This document shows positions 54,728-64,000 of a stretch of 64,000 nucleotides of DNA, in pieces. The stretch lies in the NCBI RefSeq assembly GCF_009914755.1, contig NC_060929.1; one strand, given 5' to 3'. A program made the position numbers and the translations under genes. The notes under the pieces are model-generated. The model ran no database searches. It was not told the DNA's origin and saw nothing but the letters and a program-made list of their open reading frames with translations. Positions within the stretch are counted from its first letter, which is position 1, and each line of letters opens with the position of its first letter. This stretch comes from the human T2T-CHM13v2.0 reference genome, Homo sapiens.

Positions 54728-56527
54728 TTATAACTTATGCATATCCTCCCAAATACTTTAAATCATCTCTACATTACACATAATATCTAATACAATGTAG
54801 ATGCTATGTAAATAGTTATACTGTATTTTGGTATTTGAATTCTTTTTTATTCTTGTATTATTTTTTAAATAGTTTTGATCAGCGACTGGTTGAATTCGTG
54901 GATGCAAAACCTGTGGATACAGAGGGACAGAGGCCTACTGTACATGGCACCTGGTAGGTATTCAAAGATATTTGGCAAATAAATGAATCAATTAATTGAT
55001 CAGAGTAACAACAATAAGTTCTTTGAATCCAACATTTGCCCAACACTTTTTCCTTTCTTCCTCCTGGTCACAAGCTTATGTCTCAAAATTCAATGTCAGC
55101 CCACTAAGTGAGGACTGGGCTCTAAAACCTTTCACTATTAGGAGGGCAAGTGGAAAGCACACACTGTTATTATGATGATTATTGTCATCCAGCCTTAATG
55201 AAATCGACGTGTGGTTAAATAACAGTTTGCTGAGTGTAAATTGTTATTGTTATTGATAAACCATTTCCTTTACCTGACAAATGCAGTGCTGTACTCCAGG
55301 CAAGGGAGCAATCCCTGCTGTACAGACCCATAATCATTCCAAAGATGCAGAGGATGCCATTGACCCCATGGGCCAGGCTTGGGATGACACAGCCCTCAGT
55401 TACAAACCGCACTTGGACCCTTGGCTACACTGTCTTGGCTTTTGGGCCTGCTCAGGACAACTGCTCAGAGCAAATTGCCATAAGGCGCAGCTCTGCCTAA
55501 GCATTTACTGCTGCTTTTATCCTCTGAACAGCAACAGAAACTTTCAAGAATAAAAAGCAGAGAATACATCTACTTTTCCTGCTAAAGCTATGGCTGATCT
55601 CAGGCTGCTTTGGCTAGTTTTCACTGTGCTTTGACAGGGCCAGGACTCTATAGGCTCAGGAATAGCTCTGTGAGATTATTGGATTTTCCAAGGTCCCCTG
55701 GGAGTCACTGATAGCGAGTAAGACAAGAGCTTAAGGCAGGACCTCACTGGCCTCTGTTTGATTTGGGGCAGCTTATCTAGAACACTGCTGACTGGCACTC
55801 TGATAAAAATTCAAGTAAATTGAATGTAATCAGGTCTTGAGAACTAGCTGGCTACCTCATGGAACCTGCTGAAAGCACATTGGAGGTCCCTGGGGAAAGG
55901 GTGAGAGGACTTTCTTAGAGAGCATTTGCAGCTGACACTAGGAAGACAGAGCAGTCTGGGCCTCCTTTGTCACCGGCATTCTGCTCTTTGGTTTCTCTCT
56001 CTTCCTAGTCCTCAATTCCTCACCTGCCTCTGATTATGTCTCTGGCTGATCATCACTCCCACCACTGCTAAAATTCACTACTAAAGGCTCTGGATCCAGA
56101 TGACTTTTGGTCTTTTCTCCCAATAGCCGGGCTGCAGAAAGAAGGTCTCCAATGGGAACATGAACTATTTATAACAATAATAACAGCAATGACAAAATTA
56201 ACTGTTACAGTTTTATGGCCATTTACCATGTGCAATGTGCTAGGCTCTTATGCACAAAAATTAACTTGATTCTAAGGATAATCCAATGAGAATGGATTGG
56301 ATTGCCATTCTTGTTTTATAGATGAAGAAACTGGGCCTTAAGCCTAAAAATCTTGCTTTATTAAAGTCCCACAAAACACAGAGAAAGGATACTTACATGT
56401 CGCTGTATGGCTGACATCTAACTTAAAACTCTCTAATTCACCCATGTTCTCACCCATAAAATAAGGATAAAATAAGGATAATACATAAAATAAGGATAAT
56501 ACAAGAATAAATGTGTAAGGACTGCCA

Positions 56528-57120
56528 CATTCATTCATGCAGGAAATGTCTGAGAACTAGGCACTGTTCTAAGTGCTAACAATGTAGTGAGAAAAACAGA
56601 CAAGTTTTCTTCATGGCGTTTACAATAAAATTATTTTTAAAATGTGAATAATGTCTAAACTGTAGAAGGTGCAATAAATGATATGTATATAGTACTATGG
56701 AACCATATAATGGTGGCAACTGACCAAGGAAAGACGGTTAGAGATGGATTTCCTGAGAAGTTGTGCTTGAGCTGAGGAGTTAACTAAGCGAAGTAGGAAG
56801 GAAAAGACTTCCCAGATAGAAGCAACAGCATTTGCAAAGACCCTGTAGTGAGAGGGCAGGGAAATAACAAGGGCTAGAAGACAAGTGAGGGCAAGAAAGA
56901 GAGATGGCAAGAAGAATGTGGTATAAGACATTGAAGAGAGAGGCCTAATTTGTGCCTGGTCATGGCTGCAGCCTGGGGTCCCAACAGATAGCAAGGGAAG
57001 GTCTCTGATCTTGTAGGGTTTACAGCCTACTAGGACTATTTAAAAAAAACAGACAAATGAATAAACAAGAATATTTCAGATATCAGTAAAAGCCATGAAG
57101 AAAATAAAATGAAGTGATAA
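56528..57120 (-). mobile_element. L2 fragments
   Basis: cattcattcatgc...ggcactgttctaagtgct...gcaacagcatttgcaaagaccctg. Confidence 0.65.
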
Positions 57121-57285
57121 GCTGGGTGTAGTGGTGCATGCCTATAGTCCTAGCTACTTGGAAGGCTAAAGCGGGAGGATTGGTTGAGTCTAGGAGTGTG
57201 AGTCTGCAGTGAGCTATGATTGTGCCACTGCATTCCACCCTGAGTGACAGAGCAAGCCCCTGTGTCTACGAAAATGAAAAACAAA
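57121..57285 (+). mobile_element. Alu right monomer (FRAM/AluJ)
   Basis: gctgggtgtagtggtgcatgcctatagtcctagctac...gcagtgagctatgattgtgccactgc. Confidence 0.8.
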
Positions 57286-57671
57286 CTGTAAAAAATGACG
57301 TGATATGATATAATCAGCAATACTGAACTGAGGAATCCAGAGCAAACTTCTAGTTGAGAAGAATAAGAAAAGCTGGACAATTTTTTTTTAAAATCTCACT
57401 GAGTGTATCAAAGGGCTAACAAGAGTAGTAAAGAATCACTGGAACAGGACTGGGGGCTGGAACAGATTTATACATGTGAGTTTAGAATTTTGTCCCAAAT
57501 GAGGCAGCTGAGAGGCTGAGAAGCCCTCTTATGATAGTCTCTCAAGGCTGAGAAGACAAAAATTGAAGTCTAGGACCTCTCATTTCTGGGTGGAACTTGA
57601 AATAGCTATATTACAGAAATATAGGTAAACCAGAAGCAAACCAGCCCTGCTCTAACAGTAGCCCAAATTAG

Positions 57672-58019
<348 letters not shown>

Positions 58020-58390
58020 AAAAAATGACCCATTACCTTCAAAGGAACAAAAATTAGACTAGCAACTGACTTCTCAAGAGAAATAATGGAAGATAGAAAA
58101 CAATGAATTGATGTCTTTTAAATCATGAAAGAAAATGTCTGCTAAAATAAAATGCTGAAGCTAGCAAAAAATCCTTCAAAAATGAATATAAAATAAAGAC
58201 ATTTTGTACACACTGAATTTTGTCTAAGAGAAGTTATCACCAGCAGACCTACACTAAAGGAAATAGTAACTGGTGTTTTCCCAGGTAGAAGGAAACCATC
58301 CCACAGAGAGGGTAAGAGAAGTCAGAAGGAATGAAAATGGTAAATGTGTGGCTAAATCAAAGTGATTAATTACTATATAAAGATAATGAG

Positions 58391-58676
58391 GGCCAGGCAC
58401 AGTGGCTCACACCTGTAATCCCACACTTTGGGAGGCTAAGGCGGGCAGATCACTTGAAGTCAGGAGTTCGAGATCAGCTTGGCCAATATGCTGAAACCCC
58501 GTCTCTACTAAACATACAAAAATTAGCCGAGTGTGGTGATGCGCACTTGTAGTCCTAGCTACTCGGGAGGCTGAGGCAGAAGAATCCGGGAGGTGGAGGT
58601 TGCAGTGAGCCAAGATCATGCCACTGCACTCCGGCCTGGGCAACAGAGCGAGACTCCATCTGAAAAAGAAAAAATA
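58391..58676 (+). mobile_element. AluS
   Basis: Alu dimer; TSD aaagataatgag. Confidence 0.9.
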
Positions 58677-58689
58677 AAAGATAATGAGG

Positions 58690-58940
58690 CTTCCATTCAT
58701 ATGAAAGTGAAATGAACAGGGAAATCTGTAGAGACAGTAGATAAATGGTTTCATAGACTAGGGCTGGGGTTGGGAGATAGAGGATGGTAGCTAATGAGTA
58801 TGAGATATCTTTCTGAAGAGATCATGATGTTCTAAAATTGACTGTGGCGATAGTTGCACACCTGTGAATATACTAAAAATCATTGAATTGTACCCTTTAA
58901 ATGGATGAATTGTAAGCATTCTAGTGGTATTTAAATTATA
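58690..58940 (+). mobile_element. L1MB-like 3'UTR fragment
   Basis: tgttctaaaattgactgtggcgatagttgcacacctgtgaatatactaaaaatcattgaattgtaccctttaaatgg. Confidence 0.75.
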
Positions 58941-61865
58941 TGGTGCATCCAGCCTGGGTGACACAGCTAGACCCCATCTCAAACAAAATAAAACAAAACA
59001 AAAAATATGTATGTATAGAATTAAAATACAGGACAGTATGGCATATAAGTTGGAAAGAGATGAATGGAGTTAACACATTCTGAGTTTCTTGCTGTGTCAG
59101 GAATAAATGTATATAAATTTACGTATAGACATAAATTTAGATATTAGATATAAATTAAATGCTTCAATTAAAACAAAGATTGTCAGCCTGAATTTTTAAA
59201 AAGCAACAACAAAGACATGGTTTATAAGAGACATAGCTAAAACTTAAGAATACAAAAGGTTGAGAATAAAAGAAAATAATAATTAAAATATACCATGCAA
59301 ATATTAATTTTTAAAAAGCTGATGCAGTTATCTTAATAGCAAGTAGGCTTTAAGCCAAAAAGCAGTATAGAGATAAAGAGGGTTTTTTTCTTAATATAAA
59401 AGTCTCAATTCATCAGAAAAAAGGGTAATAAATTTAAAAAATTCTTACTTTGAAAATAAGAAATATACTTCTAAATATTTCATAGATTCAAGTATCAATC
59501 ACAATGGGGGTTAGAAACTATTTTAGATTGAATGTTAATTGAAATATGACATATCTAAACATTGGGATACAGTTTAAAATATGCTTAGAGAGAAATATAT
59601 AGTCTCAAATACACATATTAGAAAAGAAGAAAGGCTGGAAAAGTATTTATCTCAAAATAATAGAAAAATAAACAACAAATTGATCCCAAATAAATTAGAA
59701 AAAACAATAAAAATAAGAACAGAATTTAATAATATAGAAAACAATCATACAATAGACTGAATCAATAAAGCCAAAAGTAGGTCATTTGAAAAGACTGATA
59801 ACATTGATAAATGGCTGGAAAGAGTTACCAAAGAAGAAAAAGAGAGTAGAAACAAATAACCAACAAAAAGAGAGATACCCTACATAAACATATAATTTTA
59901 ATTAGAATTTAAAATATAATAAAATCATAGTATTAACTATTTTACACCAATGAATTTCAAATAAATTAGGTTAAGTGAATATATTTCTAGTAAAACACAA
60001 CTTACCAAAACAGACACAAGAAGAAATGGAAAACTCCAGTAGAACTATTCATAATTCATAATTAAAACTCTTCCTTAAAGAAAATTCTAGGTCCAGATGA
60101 TGTACAGGCAAATTCTACCAAATGTATTATACAAACTCTTACAGAGAATAGAAAAAGATGAAATACTTCTCAACTCACTTTATAAAATAAGCTATAATCT
60201 TGATACCAAACCCTGACAAGGATAATATAAGAAAGGAAAATTACAAGCAGTCTCGCTCATGAACATAAATGCAAAAACCCTAACCAAAATATTGCAAAAA
60301 TTATTCTAGGAATATGTAATTAGGATATGTATCTTAGTTAAATTGGGTTTATTCCTGGATGCCAGGTTAGTATAAAGCTTAAAAATTAGTATAGTTCACT
60401 ATGTTAGTTGAATAAAGGAGAAAAATCCAATTATAACCTCAATAGATACAGAAAATGCATATGATAAAATTTATTATCTAGTCACAACATAAAACTCTTG
60501 GAAACCAGAAATAAAAGAAAATTTTCTTGATTTGATAAAAAGTATCTAGAAAAGTATATTAGAGCAAACGTCCTACTTAACGGTGAAATGCTGAGTTTCT
60601 TTTGAGATGTGGAATGTGACAGAAATACTTGCTATTCCTACTTCCATTCAACTTTATACTGAAAATCTTGGCCAATATGATAAGAAAAAAAATTAAAGGC
60701 AGAAGGATTGGAAAGCAAAAAAATAAAATTATCATTATTTGCATTTGATATCAGGTTACAGAAAAGAATCCATGAGAATCCATTGATCAATCACTCATAC
60801 AAAAAATTAGTATTGGGGGATCACAGATGTAAATCTGAAAGGCAAAACAATAGTGCTTTAAAAAAATAACATAGAAGTACTTTCTATGTAGGAGAAATTT
60901 TTTTAAACAATACACACAAAAAAACACTGATCATGACAGGAAAAAAGTACAATTCTGACTACACTAGAATTTTAAAACTGTTCATCATATAAGAAAGTGA
61001 AAAGGCAAGCCATAGAGTGGAAGAAGATATGTATAAAAATTATAACTGGCCATATTCTGAATATGTAAAGAATGATTACAAATCAATAACTAAAAGACAA
61101 CTCAGTAGGAAAGCAGAGGAGGGATTTGAACTGGAACTTCACAAAAGAGGAGGTTCTCAACCTCGTTTGTCATCAGGGAATGCAAATTAAAATAATAATG
61201 CAGTACCACTATCTACTATTGCAAAAGGTTGTAAAGGTTGTACATTGTATCACACATGTACAATGGTGTATGTGTGATGCCACTGTGTACCCACCAGAAT
61301 GGCTAATCTTAAAAAAGACTTACAATATGAAGAGTTAGTGAGAATGTGGAGTAATAAAAACTACCATGTTTTGCTGATGAGAGTTTGAATTGGTACCACC
61401 ACTTTGGAAAACTTTTGTCCACGTTCCCTGTGACCTAGCAATTCCTTTCCTACTTACATGCCCAGTAAAAATGTGTGCATGGTGGTATCAATAAAAATGT
61501 ATAAGAATGTTCATTGCAGTATTTATTATTTATATTAGCTAGAAACTGGAAACAACTCAAATGTCTATCAAGAGAAGAATCTCTTGATAGATTGGGGTAC
61601 ATCTGTACAATGGAAAATCACACAGCAATAGAAATAGATATACTACAATACATGCAACAAACATTTTGAATGAAAGAAGTTGGACGCCAAAGAGTACTGT
61701 ATGGTTTCGTTTAGGTGAAGTTTAATATTAGTAAAGCAATATTTTAGTGTTTAGGGATGCATCCTTAGGTGATAAAAGTATAAAGAAAAAGAAGGAAATT
61801 ATATGAGACAGGTTCACTCATGAGCTAGAAACCATCACACAAGCTATTTCAACAGGAGGAATTTA

Positions 61866-62305
<440 letters not shown>

Positions 62306-62552
62306 TCAAAATGACTAAAACTTCAAAACTTGGAGCTGGGTCAGGCGTTTCTGAGAAGGGGGTGCAGCCCGGCTGACAGGTATTGGTGTCTCTAAAGGGG
62401 CACCATGAGATTGTTTCTGAGTGTCGGGGAAACTACAAATAGGAACCAACTTCTACTATGAAACAAACTGCTTTGTTGTGTTGAAGCTGACAGGTACAGA
62501 CAAATAGGATAAAGCTTTCTTTCCTTTCACCCTCCTCTAAGCGCCTTCCCCT

Positions 62553-62572
62553 ATAGCGCCCCCTATAGGCAG
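62553..62572 (-). promoter_or_regulatory. Candidate CTCF motif
   Basis: Minus strand CTGCCTATAGGGGGCGCTA versus consensus TGGCCACCAGGGGGCGCTA. Confidence 0.45.
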
Positions 62573-63339
62573 AATGTGAGAGGGAGGCAGCTGGCCATGC
62601 AGGGGGTCGGGGGGCACCCTACATCTTATGAGTGCAAGCCTGGTGGCAGTGTACAGGGTGACCTAGAGGAATGGGAGGGACCAATGCGGGGAGGCAGCAG
62701 GAGGCTGCTGCTGTGAAAATCGTAGGGAGCAAGCAGAGGTGAGCCTGGCTTCATGGGTGGCCCAAGTGGTCAGGTGCAGATGAGGCAAAGCACCTGGAGA
62801 CTGAGCAGCCCCTTAGCCACTGGAGGGCCAAGGAAATGCACCCTGATGCTCTGAACACATCCCTCTTCCATCCCAGCCTCCTGAAAAGTGTCAAGAGGTG
62901 ATTCTGGGACAGAGGAGCCAGCAGATGGACTGGCTCCAGGAAGAGTTCCTGAGGTGTCTGAACCAATTCCAGTCTGCATTCCTGTAGTTGGCAGAGGCCT
63001 CCAGAGAGAACAGCAAGATCTGGGCTCACGTGTCTCAGTCCCCTGTTTCCTTTTTTCCTTCCCAATTTCCTTCCTTCAGCCTTTCCTTTCTTACTAATTC
63101 CTTACTCTTCCTTTCTTCCTTCCTGCCTGCCCTCCCTCTGTTCCTCCTGTCTCCCTTTCTCTCACACATTTACTAACCCATGATCAGACATAACACCCAT
63201 GCATATAAACATACACACCCACATATCCACCTCCTACACATATATTATTTATATATATCCCCCTCACACACACACATTCAAACACACACTACAAATGCAG
63301 CTTCATTCATACACATTTCAGGTATATTTTCCTTATGGC

Positions 63340-63525
63340 TTGCCAGATAACTTGCAAATTCAGTGTTCAAGATCATGGTCTCCTTGTAAGTCATGGCAGC
63401 CACATTTTCCAGGTAGAGAACCTGAGATTCAGAGATGTTGAAGAATTTCCTCAAGGTCACAAAGCTGGGAAGTGACAGAATCGAGATTAGCCCTCAAGTG
63501 CTCCTGGCTCTGATTATTCTTTAGC
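63340..63525 (-). mobile_element. MIR SINE
   Basis: cattttccaggtagagaacctgagattcagag...caaggtcacaaagctgggaagtgacagaa. Confidence 0.65.
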
Positions 63526-64000
63526 CACACCCTGCTCTCCCTACACATGCAGACACAGACACACACAGATGCATCCTGCAATCATCCACACATAAGTGGT
63601 TATATTTCTACCCACATGGGCACTTATACACATACCCAGACATGGAAAGAAATTTCACTGACTTGTCACTAACAGTTCTAAGGAAGAATCTGTCTTTCCA
63701 AAAATGTTCTGGCTTTCTTGTAGATAAGCCTTCTGAATTGTACGTATTAGCTCCTTAGAGACACCCAGAGGACTTAGTTCAATAGACTTGCTCTGACAGG
63801 GGTAGAAGACAAATGGTAGGGATGAGGCTTTGTGTTGTGTGTTTGATTTTTGCAGCTCTTTCTACCTTATCTCAGCTCATAGTCCATTCTCACAATAACC
63901 CTGTATGTGGACATGGAAGGAACTATTATACCCATGTTACATATGGGGAAACTGGGAATCAGGGTGTTCAGGGGGCACCCAGGTGCCTCCACCTCCTTAA

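Overview
Primate (human-like, catarrhine) non-coding DNA that is dense in interspersed repeats. I find no host protein-coding exon, RNA gene or CRISPR array that I can support. The supplied ORFs are chance ORFs or translations of Alu, L1, Tigger1 and microsatellite sequence. The main structure is a nested transposon stack at ~24.3-34.8 kb: a hAT-Charlie (MER102-like) MITE is split by a near-full-length Tigger1, which contains a FAM+AluS pair and a full-length, inactivated L1PA7-like LINE (15-bp TSD), which in turn contains two Alus and a (CA)n. The most unusual feature is a 152-bp, ~97%-identical inverted duplication (23525-23676 / 24300-24451) that copies the Tigger1 5' end plus its flank. 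Several smaller hairpins inside old repeats also look like template-switch scars. Repeat subfamily names come from recalled consensus sequences, not from a database search. I do not see a novel multi-gene system.
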